A stretch of 63,270 nt of DNA, filler included, from Octopus bimaculoides (GCF_001194135.2; 9 parts of 7 records of this genome joined end to end with filler, not necessarily neighbours in it); one strand, 5' to 3'. Shown: positions 37,621 to 50,672, counted from the first letter of the whole stretch. Numbers and translations are program-made. The notes: generated by a model not told the origin, from the sequence alone.

Positions 37621-40489
37621 ACTCAGCTAAAGCGTTCACAGTTGAAGTAAAAGATGGCTATCACTCTGACAGAAGAGCTCACCTGGTGAAAACACAACTT
37701 TGATATAGGACTGCATCCCAAGGACTAAGTCTTCCTCTTAGGACCAGAAAATATTTCAACCCGCAACAACTGCTGATATTCTACAAAGTTCAAGTGTATC
37801 CCTCAGTAGAAATCGCTAAAAGATACATCCAAGCTTCTGACCGACACGCGTGACGACTCCCCATTCTCTCTCTCTCTCTCTTTGTCAACTATAATGGCTT
37901 TTGTTCCTAGGAGCTGTTTGGTCTCATACGTCTACCATTGAAGTACTTCCTGTGAACGAGAAGTACTTCTACCTCTCTTCACTCTTGTGTCCAATCACCC
38001 TACTAACCCCTACACCCAGTCCTTCCTCCACAGAACATCAAATCCCACTAGAATATTTTCTTCCCTGCTCATATCTTTCCAGAACGTATTCGTCTGCAAC
38101 ACTTCAGCATCGACCTCATCAGCCTCGGTCGGGCTGCAATGGTCATTGTTAATTTTCCTCCTTTCACTAGACTCAATCAGTTAAAATAATCGTAAATAAT
38201 GTTTAATTACATGTAGAAAATCATTAGGGGTACATTACATAACATCGTCTCTGGCGGACGTTGTCCATGTAATACAATATTTAATGCCCACTCTATATAC
38301 AGTACATCGCCATGTCTAGACTACACGTATGTTCTGGTGTGAATTTCACATGTACAATAATTAGAGAATAGTGTAGCTATACGATGTCTGGTGAAGTGAG
38401 TACATCGCCTACACTGACTTTAGTGAATTCTGCATGTACTACAATATCCTGTGTAGGCTGGAGACAAACACTACCTCGTCTATTGTACAATGTATAATAT
38501 ATACATCAAACCACAAATTCTCCATTCATCTCTGTTTTTCTAATAAAATCACATTTTGCTACACTCAATAAAATTTCCACAATGCCTTTCTGCTACATTT
38601 TGTTGTGGTACATTGATTTTTGCTTCGCTACAGTGAATTGTCTCAAATTCTGCCACATACAATTTTTCAAACTCGGTCATGGTTTTTGCTTCTTCCCCAC
38701 CACCAATAAACCATTTTAAGCATTGATTTATTGAAAAAACATTCTCCTGATTCTAGCGATGCTCTTCATCGTCACAGTAAATTATTTTTGTGGTTAATAA
38801 AATAACTTTGGTGGTTTAAAATGGAAATTCTGTCCTCAGACATCTTTATTCAATAAACTTTGAACTCTGAGTGGATTTGCAAAGTCAGAGGCTTCTTACC
38901 GGTCGCCCAACATGCTAGAAATAATAACTAAATTTCCCTGAAATGATCTTATTTTGCTATTCTATTACTCACTGGACTGCGACCATACTGGGGCACTGCC
39001 TTGAAGGGTTGAGTCGATTTCGTGCTTATTTTTTAAAGTCTGATACTTATTCTATCAGCCACTTGTGCTGAACTGCTAAGTTTAGCTCCTAATAAATAGA
39101 TATTGGTTCATGTTGACCACCAATTTATATTTTCCCACTAAATCCATTTCAAATCCCCTCTACACTGGTTGTCAAACGGTGAGGAAGGAATGCACAAGCC
39201 CCACTCTCTCTTTCACACACACACACACACATACGATGACTCCCCACACAAATTTTCTGTCTACCACATTCACTAACAAGGCGACGTTTGCCGACTCGAA
39301 CCATAGTGGAAAACACTGTCGCGGGGTGCCGTACTGAAGGAGAACTGAATTCGAGAGCCATGGCATACTATCGTACACAACGATGAACAGTAACATCAAC
39401 TGATCTCCTTTCATTTTCATGATACATTTCGTCGTTGAAATTATATTGTTCGCTATTTACATCGACCACTATTTCCTATTGTCCAAAGAGTTACGATTTC
39501 CCGTAAGCAACAGGAAATGCTGACTAAAGTCGTAGAGACAGAAATAGTAAAATATTTCATCTAAAATAACAACGCAATATACGTATATAAAAGCGAATGG
39601 CAGAGATCTGTAAGAGGCCGACTAAAATGCTACAAATATTTCTCCAATTCCACCCTACAATCTCATATTACCATAAGAACGCTAAATGAAAAAAAAAAAA
39701 AGGAACACGTCTTCATTACTGGGCAACATGAACGAACAGATTGCGTGCAACTTGGCACGCAATTACAGAGCAGATGTTTTAAATATTTTCAATATTTCAT
39801 TTTGGGATTTATATGTTTTAAGAATTTATAGCTTTTTCACTGTTATTTTTTAGCTTTTATATTCCATTGCTATTTACAACGCCAACGATTGCTTTTCCTT
39901 CGCAAAATCTCCCCCTATATTATTTTTTTTCCATTCTGTTTTTCTCCACCTTCCTATTTTCTCTAATAAACTACTAGATGCATTGCAACATTGCATCATC
40001 TTGCCACATCGCCATTCTTCAACATTTTCCTATGCCACGCTGCCTTTTCCTTGGCTACATTCATTTGTTTTAAATTCTGTCACATTGAATTTCTTCACAC
40101 TATTCAGCATTTTGCAATCGGTCATGAGAGATGACTTCTTTCCTTCATTGAGTCAGCGACTATTGACACTGAATTAAGATATTTTCCTAATTTCGCTGCT
40201 GATGTTCACTGTCATAACAAACAAATTCTAAAAGGAAAAAGAAAAAAATATCTTATTAAAAAATGTAAATTCTGTCCTTATTTTTCTACGTTCTGCTAAT
40301 CTAGAATTCTCAGTGGATTGCAAAACCATACACAGAGGCTACTCAGTAACCATGCATGTTACAAATAACAACTAAATTACGCGGGACCAAATCCTGCCAT
40401 AGAAACGGTAAATACTTAAACTGGGACCAACAGTACACACATTCCTTCATCTTTATAATACGTTTCTTCATTAATAAATGCATTTAGTT

Positions 40490-40690
40490 GTCGCTATTAA
40501 TGAATACCTTTCGACGTTAATAAATGAATTTTATCCAAAATAAACATATTTGTTGTTAATAAATACATTTGTTGTTAATAAATACATTTTGTCTTTAATA
40601 AATATATTATGTCATTTATAAATACGTAGTGGTTAATCTATGAATTTTGTCGGTACTTCATACATTTGGCTGTTAATTAATAAATGTTGT
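40490..40690. repeat. Degenerate ~19-20 bp minisatellite TTAATAAATACATTTGTTG
   Basis: About 8-10 diverged units. Confidence 0.7.
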
Positions 40691-40814
40691 CGTTAGAATC
40701 CGAAATGTCTTTTACCACAGGTAGATGCTTGCTGAATTGGCAAGAAGCAAGAATCACCCACCGTTAATTTCTTCCTCGATTTTCTTTCATTTGCAATCTT
40801 TTACCTTTTGTTTC

Positions 40815-41150
40815 TTTTAGTCATTTGACTGCGGCCATACTGGGGCAACGTCTTGAAGACATCTTGGTTGAATAAATTGACTCCAAGACTAAGTTTTTAA
40901 AGTCTGGAACTAATTTTATCAGTCTTTTTTGCTGAACCGGTCGTCAAGCGATGGTGGAAGACAAATACACACATATGCACACACACACACACGCACACAC
41001 ACACGACGGGTCTACCAAATCCACTCAAAAGGCTTTAATCAGCCCGAGGCCATAGTAGAAGACACTTGCCCAAGATGTCACGCAGCAGGACCGAATTCGG
41101 TGCCATGTGGTTGGGAAGCAAGCTTCATAACATACAGCTACATCCGCACC
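40815..41150 (-). mobile_element. SINE family B
   Basis: tagtcatttgactgcggccatactgggg ... accaaatccactcaaaaggc...ccatgtggttgggaagcaagc. Confidence 0.8.
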
Positions 41151-41820
41151 TATTAATTTTTAAAAATAAACTTCAGAATTTTATGTTTAAAATTCTAGAG
41201 ATTGCAGTTTTACTAAATGAAAATTTTCAAAAAAATTATTTCTTTTATTTTTCGCAGCGGCTTTTACGAAATATTTGTTTTAAACACAGGAGAATACAAA
41301 CCTGAAAAACAAAATGAAAACCTCCCAAAATTCACTTCTTTCTATATCATCTCTCCCCACACCTTTTTCCGTTTTGAAATTTGATGTCAAATTATTGTTT
41401 CTCATTCTTTTCTGCCCAAAAATTTTCTCTAAAGAATATGGCGTAAAGATTACAATTATGCACAAGTGCTTATTGCGATACACCGGTTACACATGAAAGA
41501 GAGAGAGAGAGAGCGTGCGCGCGCGCGTAAGCGAGAGCGAGAAACCGATGCAGTAAACGTATCAGGTGCAGAACGAGTGTACATTCAACACTTGGTGGCA
41601 GGTTATATATATGTATATATATATATATAAAGGTTATGAAGGGTATTGGAGTCAACCAAACGCTAAAGATACAGGTAATACCGAGTAAGTGCTGTATACC
41701 GACTAGTTATGCCCCTGTCGTTGTAGCAACATGAGTGGGGAATATAACATAGGTCGTGTATTAGCGTGTGTATGTAAAGAAAGAAAAGGATAAACAGACC
41801 AATGGCAATCCTTTTCTTTC

Positions 41821-41946
<126 letters not shown>

Positions 41947-42389
41947 AGGTGTGTGTGTGTGTGAGTGTGGACTTCCATATAGAATGAACGTAGAATATAA
42001 TTTTGCTTTCAATTTTGTTTAATTTTTGAATATTTTAAACTTATTTTAAGGTAATGAATATTTTTGTATTGAAAATTAACTTTCGTTTCATCATTGTATG
42101 TAAGCGCCAAGAAATTTGATAAACGTGAAATTATAATCATTGTATGTATACCATATTTCCAGATATTACCTATGGTGACAAAAGTATAATTCGAAAGTTC
42201 CCCATCGTCATACTCTAGTGTGTGTGCGTGTATATAATATGTATGTAAGTATGTATGTATGTATCTATTTATATATGTATATATGTTTCTATATATATGT
42301 ACATATATATACTTGGAAATTGATGCATCACCTTCAATTAAATAATAAATAATATATAATATGTGTTTTTCTCCTTGCTTTCTCCGTAT

Positions 42390-42426
42390 TCTTTCTGTTG
42401 AAGAGCGTAACTCGAAACGTTAAAGA
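42390..42426 (+). ncRNA. Minimal hammerhead-like motif with A6U core change, inside a ~170-bp Penelope-like terminus between (TA)n tracts
   Basis: TCTTT-CTGTTGA-A-GAG(CGTAA)CTC-GAAA-CG-TT-AAAGA; stem I 5 bp, palindromic AACGTT. Confidence 0.5.
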
Positions 42427-42755
42427 CTTTCTGTATTCCCGAGCGTTAAACTAATACATCCTTTTGTTGTCTACACCACCTGTCCTCGTCTGTTGGTGTT
42501 TTTTTCGTAAATTCTCCCATCTATATATATNNNNNNNNNNNNNNNNNNNNNNNNNNNNNNNNNNNNNNNNNNNNTTAATTAATTAANNNNNNNNNNNNNN
42601 NNNNNNNNNNNNNNNNNNNNNNNNNNNNNNATATAAGCAAGACATACAGCTGTGTGTATGTTCATACAAAAATATACGTCTGACTACTTACATCTTCATT
42701 TCTGTAATGATATCTATAATGTAAATACATAGTTAGATCTCTATTTTCTTTGTAC

Positions 42756-42796
<41 letters not shown>

Positions 42797-45185
42797 TGTG
42801 TACATATATGAAATGTACATACATGTGCATGTGTGTATATATGTTTGTGTGTACACCTATATGTTTATATACATTTATGAACCTACTTACCCAGCTATCT
42901 ACCTCGCCACAACCCAATATACCTATTTCCTCTGGTCATAATGATAAGTGGCTTTTAAGAAAGTTAGTTCTAGTGTATGTCTGTGCTGATGCTTCTTTGG
43001 CAATTACATTTCTGCTAGATCAGTTCTCTCTTAACAATATGGCACTATACAATGAGAGTAAATGATTGCGTTGTGTTGAAAAGATTGATTGAGATTGATC
43101 AAGGGGAGACTCTAGTAATGATTTCGAAGGGATTCAGCCGTAACGTTATCAGTCTGGCGTCTATGGTCGTTCTGATGTTACGGTGATGTAGCTGACGGTA
43201 AAAGCTGTGGCGATGATCTCAGTAACGGTGGTAGTGAGTAATCGCAGTATTTGTGAATTTGAAAGTTATGGCAACGAAGATGGTAGGAGAGGTGATGGTG
43301 AAGGTGGTAATGATGTGCACAAAATAATACCAATCTTTTCATTTTTCAAGTAGTGGTGGAGTTAAATCCTAGTTATAAATGTGGATGAGTACCATCTGTC
43401 ATATTAAAAACTGTTCTAAATTTATTTTCATATGAATCTCGTTATACTCACGTCGAATTTAGTAAAGAACAGAATGTACAAACGTACTTCACTGTTTAAG
43501 TCGAATGTGCAGTCATATTGGCAGTATAATTCGACGATGACCATTCAGTAGTCCAAACAATTGAGTTCCCTGCTCTGTGGAGGAGCGTGTAGCATACTAC
43601 TGACAAATGTCCCCTTATTGAATTTTGAGGTAGGATTCACGTGACACAATATTTTTCAAGGATGTACCTCAGAATCCATTTGAATGGCGTCTGCGCACGT
43701 TAGCAGACATGATGTATTATTAATAGGAACTTGATAAGATGCTACGCAGTGGGATAGAACCCGAGAATCTATTCATTGGAAAGTGAAAGACTTGGCCATT
43801 CAAACATGATGCTTCCGTAGATAGAATGCACCACACGGAAACTTTTTCACGTGAACACACTTATGTATGTCAGGATGATCACCTACATTCCACGTGCAGG
43901 TAGAGCTATGGGATATTGTGGTGTTGGAAGACACAGGGACGTCATCAGGTCACTCAAAGGGCAATTAGCATGTCATAGGTCTTTTCCATCTGCATGTACT
44001 GTAATCAGAAGGCGACAAGAACAATGATGACATGGAATAAATAATAATAAATGAGCCTAACAATTTCAAAAACCAAGACAAAAAGCAGCAGCTGCAACAA
44101 CATTGACATCAACTAAACAACAACAGATTCAGCACATGTCACCATATTTCTTTGCCGAAAAGAAAAATAGGCTTTTCGTTGACATATACAAGATGAATAA
44201 CATTTACTTTAAAGAAGATATGTGTAAAACGTGAAAATAATGAAAACGGTATACAGAGAGCATTACCAGTCGAACTGGTACTATGTAGTCTATGTTTATA
44301 GACACTATATTACGCTGATGGAATGTGACAAGAATTTGATTTATATTCCAAGTTCTATATCAATATATCCTATTCTTCTTAGAAATACCCAAATATGCCA
44401 GGAATATATATAAAATAAAATACGTATACATAAAATTGTAAGCTCACAAGGTCATAAATCGAGTAGCGGTTGATATATTTTACACCATGTATTCAACTGA
44501 ATTCACGACATGATATGTGTGTGCGTCTGCTGATGTGATTATATGAAAATGGGAGTGTGTTTGTGTGATATTTTTTCTCTTGTATGTACCTCGCTTTAAC
44601 GTACTTCAAACAAGAAACATTGAAATTACATCGTCTTTTTGCACGCCAAGATTAAATTGTACACATGTATAGATAAGTTCATTTACTGTAACAAAAATAA
44701 ATTCTTGCATAGTATATTACCTCTTCTTTTTCATATATTTGTGCAATAACGCTGTAGAAAGAGAGTAGTAAAACGAGAAATAGAGGTAAGCAAATAAGTA
44801 GTTAGAGAGATATATGTGTATGGTCAAAGTAAATTCTCTTTATAAAATTTTCCTAAATATTGGTCAAAACTATTTGAAGAATAAATATGGAATTTATGTC
44901 CGTGCGTTACTTATAAAGACACACACACACACACATGCACACGCACAAACTAAGTCACATTCTCACAGATACAGACAAGCGCAAATAACTGAAAATATTT
45001 AATTAACAACAAAGTTAAAGAGAAATGATAACATCATCGAGAAAAAAGCTCAATCACACATCCTGCATTCTAAATATTTTATTATGCGACAAGAATTCCA
45101 AATGCAGCTGGCAATTTGTCGCCATGTATATTATATAAGTGTATATATGTATGTATCGCTCCCTCTCTCACTATCTCATTCTCTC

Positions 45186-45231
<46 letters not shown>

Positions 45232-45334
45232 NNNNNNNNNNNNNNNNNNNNNNNNNNNNNNNNNNNNNNNNNNNNTTAATTAATTAANNNNNNNNNNNNN
45301 NNNNNNNNNNNNNNNNNNNNNNNNNNNNNNNAAA

Positions 45335-45510
45335 GCACCCACTACACTCTCTGAGTGGTTGGCGTTAGGAAGGGCATCCAGCTGTAGAAACTCTGCCAAA
45401 TCAGACTGGAGCCTGGTGTTGCCATCCGGTTTCACCAGTCCTCAGTCAAATCGTCCAACCCATGCTAGCATGGAAAGCAGTCGTTAAACGATGATGATGA
45501 TGATGATGAT
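45335..45510 (+). mobile_element. RTE-type 3' tail ending in (GAT)n (family C)
   Basis: ggcgttaggaagggcatccagctgtagaaac...aacccatgctagcatggaaagcagtcgttaaacgatgatgat; copies at 49965-50124 and 54725-54980. Confidence 0.7.
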
Positions 45511-45552
45511 ATATATAAAATCAAAATAAGCAACAAAGATATCCAGAGGTAA

Positions 45553-45639
45553 TGCAGTACGATCGTTTCATGCAACTCCATTTAATTGAACAATGTAATC
45601 ATTACATCAGTTTAAAATGCAGAGAAATCCTCAGCTGTA
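45553..45639 (-). ncRNA. Mirror hammerhead copy in the left arm of the fold-back
   Basis: Minus strand TACAG-CTGAGGA-TTTC...GCAT-GAAA-CGATCG-TA-CTGCA; one A.C mismatch in stem I and a weaker stem II base. Confidence 0.65.
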
Positions 45640-45723
45640 CAAAGACACAGAATTTAATTAAATTAGAACAGATGGACACATTAGTATAATTATACTATAA
45701 TTTAATCAAATTCTATGTCTTTG

Positions 45724-45810
45724 TGCAGCTGAGGATTGCTCTGCATTTTAAATTGATGTAATGATTACATTATTCAATTAAATGGAGTTGCATGAAACGA
45801 TCGTACTGCA
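45724..45810 (+). ncRNA. Type I hammerhead ribozyme motif with long stem II (right arm of fold-back)
   Basis: TGCAG-CTGAGGA-TTGC...GCAT-GAAA-CGATCG-TA-CTGCA; canonical CUGANGA/GAAA core, 5-bp stem I, palindromic ACGATCGT stem III, GUA site after 45805; stem II extends via CTC/GAG, CATTT/AAATG, AATTGA/TCAATT, TGTAAT/ATTACA. Confidence 0.8.
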
Positions 45811-46384
45811 TTACCTCTGAATATCCTTGTTGCTTATTTTGATTTTAATCACCACACTTTGAAATTGCATGGATAATACCGTACTAAATTCTGGTGCCCC
45901 AACTTAAGTACCATATTTATCTGAATCTAAATTTTTGCTGAACTCATCTACCATACCCAAAGTATATATATATATATATCAAATGCTTGTCCACTTGTTA
46001 AATAAGTATGATAATGATCATTAACCATGATTCAAAAATATAATGCCAGCAGCGCCTGCTTGAAATTGAAGATAAGAACAGCTTGCACAGTACTGAAATA
46101 ACTTTCTTTATTAAAGCTAAAGAAAAAGCACTGAGGAGGCAAAATCATTAGCATGCTGTACAAAATGCTTACTAGCAATTCTTCCTGTAGTGTGAAGTTA
46201 ATTCTGCTTTGTTTTTCATCCTTTTGAAGTTGATAAATTAAGTATCAGTTCACCACTAGGGTCCCCTCAAAATTTCTGATCTTGTGCAAAAAGAAAAACA
46301 CCTGCCCCCACCAAAAAAAAAACAAAACAAACAGACTTAAGTGAAGGAAATGTAATGAGCTGGCAATACTTTTGACTGGGTCAA

Positions 46385-47035
46385 GGCAGTGAGCTGGCAA
46401 AATTGTTAGCATGCTGGGAGAAATGCTTAACAGTATTTCGTATGCTGCTATGCCCTGAGCTCAAATTTCGCCGAGGTTGACTTCGCCTTTCATCCTTTTG
46501 GGGTCAATAGTTTAGGAACCAGTGAAACAGTGTGGTTGATGTAATTGACTAGTCCCCTCCCCCAAAATTTGAGGCCTTGTGCCTCCAGTAGAAAGGAATA
46601 TTTTTGACTGGGTCAAGGCAGTGAGCTGGCAGAACTGTTAGCATGCTGGGAAAAATGCTTAGCAGCATTTCATTTGTCTTTATGTTCTGAGTTCAAATTC
46701 TATCAAAGTCGACTTTGACTTTCATCCTTCCAGGGTTGATAAAATAAGTACCAGTCAAACATAGGGTTTGATGTAATCGATTTATCTCCTCCTACCACCA
46801 CCCCTGAACTTTCTGGCCTTGTGCCAAAATTTGAAATCAATATTTTTGACTGAACCAGAAAATTGCTTTTACAGTATTTTGCCCTCTCTCTCTCTACATT
46901 CAGAGTTCTGACCCAACCAAGTTGAATTTTACATTTCATTTCTCTGGGGGTTGGTGAAACAAAGTATCAGTAAAGCATTGGGAGTTGAGGGTATCAGCTA
47001 ATCCTTTCCATCAAAATTGTTGACCTTGTGCCAAA
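46385..47035 (+). mobile_element. Three tandem SINE family A copies, CpG-decayed
   Basis: Units preceded by aata(c/t)ttttgactg at 46365, 46597 and 46839. Confidence 0.85.
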
Positions 47036-48859
47036 ATCAGACTGAGGCAAGATGTCTTTGTAACAATTTTAATGAGATGTGCATCTATTTAGTTATACAT
47101 ATGTGTTTTGTAAATAACATATGTGTCTTGCAATGATATGGCATATGGCTGAACTGTATGACATATCTCTGAATCTCTCTCTCTCTCTCTTTCTTTCTCT
47201 TCTCCATATCTTTCTATATTTTTCTGTGTGCAAAACAAATGAAAACAATAGATACACACTATACACAGACACAAAGATATGAATACATACTCATATATAC
47301 ACAAATACACACAAATAGATACACACACATGTATACATAGACACACACATATGTACATACATTTGTTCATACATACATACATACATACATACACATACAT
47401 GCACACACACACAAGCACAACATATAAGGTGATGGGGAATCCCTTAAAACAAAGAGAACTTATGTCAATAATAGACAAACTGACTTAAGAAACAAGATGA
47501 AGAGACAAGGTTTTCAGTGTTGGTATTATGATGATGATGATGATGATGATGATGACAACGGTACCATTGCTACTGTTGCTGCTGCTATCATTGCCAGTGT
47601 TGCTGCCAATCATTCACCACCACCATCATCATCATTGACATCATCATGTATGCATTTGCCTCTATGTATCTTTGCATAGAAACCACTTGGGTATTAGTGA
47701 CCTTGTTTATGACTTGTATAAAGAAAAAGTCTGATGACCCAAGTGGTTCAATCTTCAAAGATGTAGAATCAAGTACTTTACTCAAAAACAAGTAAAGGTT
47801 TGCATTAGGAAAGGCATAGCTGTATGGTGAAGAAATTTACTTAGGTCTTAGGTTCAATTCTACTGTGCAGCATCATGGGAAAGTGTTCTAATGGTCAGAA
47901 AGTTCTACCTTATTTTCTTTCTAGAGAATTCATATAAATGAAATACACTGCTTTTATTTGGTGAGAGGCAAAACTTTTCAAAATTAAGTTAAAAAGTTAT
48001 GATTTTCTTTTCTTTCAGAATAATTTAAAGAAAAAGGAATAAATAAATAAATTGGATCTTTTTTTTAAACTTCAATATAATGATAATATAGACTTCTGAG
48101 ACACAACATTAAAAAATTCGTTAATAAGAAAGTTATGAGTAAAGAATTTAGGAAGGATTGACACTAAACACTAATTTTGATATCTGTAAATATATGGCAC
48201 TGACTGATTTACCAAATGTGTGAAAAGCATGTTTTTAATTATCTTTTTTTAATCATCATCCAGTTCGGCTACTTGTCAGAACCAATAAGCCATATTGGTC
48301 TTTTGATAGCTGAATGTCTCACCTGTGTATGTCATGACTACAGATGAGAATAGCAGTTTGCTAACTGGACTGGTTGATCCTGGCTGTTGACAATTTGTTG
48401 TCTGTTCATCCAATCAGCATCTGGTAAATATTCACCATTGAGTCCAATAAGTTCATCTGATGAAATAGTCTATATCCACCATGCTGCACACCATGATTTC
48501 AACCCAACCCTGGCTTGGGTGCTTACTGGGTGTTAAGTAAGCCTTGTCAAGAGGCCATCCATGATTTGGTCTGAGACTGTTTATTCCCATAATCGTTGCT
48601 GACCTCTATTTTCAGGCTAATTAACCCAAAACTGAGACTTTAACAAGTGCTACTACTCCAGGTTAGAGTAGATTTGGGAACAATAGTGGCAAAGAAATAG
48701 TTCCATGCTTCTCAAAACCTTGTTATTCCTGAACCATAGTCCACTACCAGGTCATACTCAGTTTGTAGGTATTTTTAGACATGAGTTTTTAGCATTAGGA
48801 AATTCCATTCATAATGAAATGCAGGTTATAAACAGAAACCAAAAAAATGTGTATACATA

Positions 48860-49065
48860 GTGGTTTCTGAATTAGGCACAAAGTCAACGATTTTTGTGGG
48901 GTAGGGTTTAGTTGATTACATTGACTCTAGTACTTGACTGATACTTAACTTTATTAACCCTGAAAAGATGCAAGGCAAAATTGACCCTAGTGGGAATTGA
49001 ACTCCTGATATAAAGAGCTAGCATTTTTTCTGACACTGTAATGATTCTGCTAGTCTACCACTCTC
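48860..49065 (-). mobile_element. SINE family A, CpG-decayed
   Basis: gttgattacattgactctag...aaggcaaaattgaccctagtgggaattgaactc. Confidence 0.7.
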
Positions 49066-49655
49066 AGAATGTTTATATATAATGAACTCAAAGGTGTATA
49101 TCACTGTCGTGTGTGTATGTGTGTATATAAATGTGTGAATGTATGTGTGTGCATGTAGTGTGTGAGTGTGTATGTGTGTTTGTGTCTGTGTGTGTTTATG
49201 TCTATGTGTGTGTATCATGGTGAGAGAAAAGATAGTTCAGGTAAAGTGTTTAATTCAGTGACATTGAACTAGACTCTTCACCTCCCTCAAATAATTGCCA
49301 TTCCTCTATTCACTATCTCAACTTCTAATAGTTCTATAGCTGTTACCCCTAAACTTTGGCTCCTAAACACAAATCTAACACAACACACTACCATTCAAAT
49401 GCTATCTTTCCTACCCCTCCTATTCATCTCTCAACTCTTCACCTCTACTACCACCTCCCTTAGTACCCTCATTATTAACCCTTCAATATCTTTCCTGAAT
49501 ACCTTTTCTCCTCTCATCATTCCCTGTCTTAATACCCCCAACCAATAACCCTACTGACCTTCCCATTTCCTCCCTCTAATACAGCTAGCTTTCCACATTT
49601 AATCATTCCATCTTTGTACTTCTCTGCATTAAGATATGAAATGTAAGATCTTCTC

Positions 49656-49779
49656 TACCCTGATGATGGAGAATCATCTCATCCAATGTTGATTGTATCC
49701 ATTACAGCTACATATTGAGATGAATCACATTTACCAACATTATTATGGATATCTGAGCCCCAAGAAACAGCTGTTGGAC
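49656..49779 (+). ncRNA. Degenerate hammerhead with very long stem II
   Basis: CTGATGA (49660) ... CCCCAA-GAAA-CAGCTG-TT-GGAC; internal ATCATCTCA/TGAGATGA pairing; stem I reduced to about 2 bp. Confidence 0.45.
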
Positions 49780-49964
49780 TTATAACACCTTTCTTCCACC
49801 CCTTTAATTTTCTCTATCATTTGAACTCTGTGTAAGTTGGACCTATATATTCATCATCTGAAAGTCTCCAGCTTCTATATTTTGTATTTCAGACACAAAA
49901 TATTATATTTAATATGATTAATGTACCTAATTTGTTTATCTGCATAATTGCTTCTCTCCCCCTC

Positions 49965-50124
49965 TCTTGGAGTGGTTGGCATTAGGAAGGGCATCAAGCT
50001 GTAGAAATACTGCCAGATCAGACTGGAGCCTGGTGCAGCCTCCTGGCTTCCCAGACCCCAGTTGAAACGTCCAACCCATGCCGGCGGGGAAAACGGATGT
50101 TAAACAATGATGATGATGGTGATA
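49965..50124 (+). mobile_element. RTE-type 3' tail (family C)
   Basis: ggcattaggaagggcatcaagctgtagaa...aacccatgccggcgggaaaacggatgttaaacaatgatgatgat. Confidence 0.7.
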
Positions 50125-50130
50125 TATATA

Positions 50131-50358
50131 TGAGGGGTTAACTAAAAGAAACCGGAATTTTGCAATGTTACTTTATTCATTTAGTTTTACATGTTTACAC
50201 TTTTATCACCTTCAAAATATTCTCCACTTGAAGCAATGCATTGGTCCAGATGCATTTTCCACTGTTCAAAGCAGTGCTAGAACTCTTGCAAAGTGATGCC
50301 TTTTAATGCCTTTGTTGTTTTTTTCTTCACCTCTTCCACATCTGCAAATTCCATAGCA
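50131..50358 (-). mobile_element. Mariner C-terminal fragment plus terminus
   Basis: Minus strand FADVEEVKKKTTKALKGITLQEF*HCFEQWKMHLDQCIASSGEYFEGD; TA|TGAGGGG terminus. Confidence 0.75.
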
Positions 50359-50574
50359 CCAACATACCGGTTTTGTAAAGTTACTAATCATTGCTTTGAA
50401 TGCACACCGATTATAGAACGGTGTCAGGTCTACTAGTCCCTGAGTAAAAAGATTATAGGTAAGTAGTTCTGGATTTGGTGCAATTAGGGTAGATATAGAT
50501 CTGTAATGTGAATGGTGTATGGAATGTATGGGGGTCAGTGGTATTAATTGAAAGGTCAGTAGTGTTCTGTATTA

Positions 50575-50672
50575 TGTTATGTGTTCATATTTAGTTGTGG
50601 AAGATAATTTATTGATGAAAGTTACCTCTTTATTCATTCTTTGTTCTGCTGAGGTGTTCTGTGAACGTTGAT
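50575..50672 (-). mobile_element. Possible Penelope-like GIY-YIG C-terminal remnant
   Basis: SAEQRMNKEVTFINKLSSTTKYE resembles the RxxKExxxIxKL...xGLN end of PLE ORFs; weak by-eye match. Confidence 0.4.

Larger units (their letters stand above)
45516..45847. repeat. Fold-back element: 150-bp arms with a 32-nt loop containing a perfect 16-bp palindrome
   Basis: 45516-45665 vs reverse complement of 45698-45847: 8 mismatches by manual alignment; loop ends in TAGTATAATTATACTA. Confidence 0.95.

Noticed and set aside
47680-47795. tttgcatag followed by ETTWVLVTLF, superficially like the FLVCR exon preceding the one found
   Set aside because: Becomes hydrophilic (KKKSDDPSGS), has no suitable donor, and does not fit a TM-helix exon.
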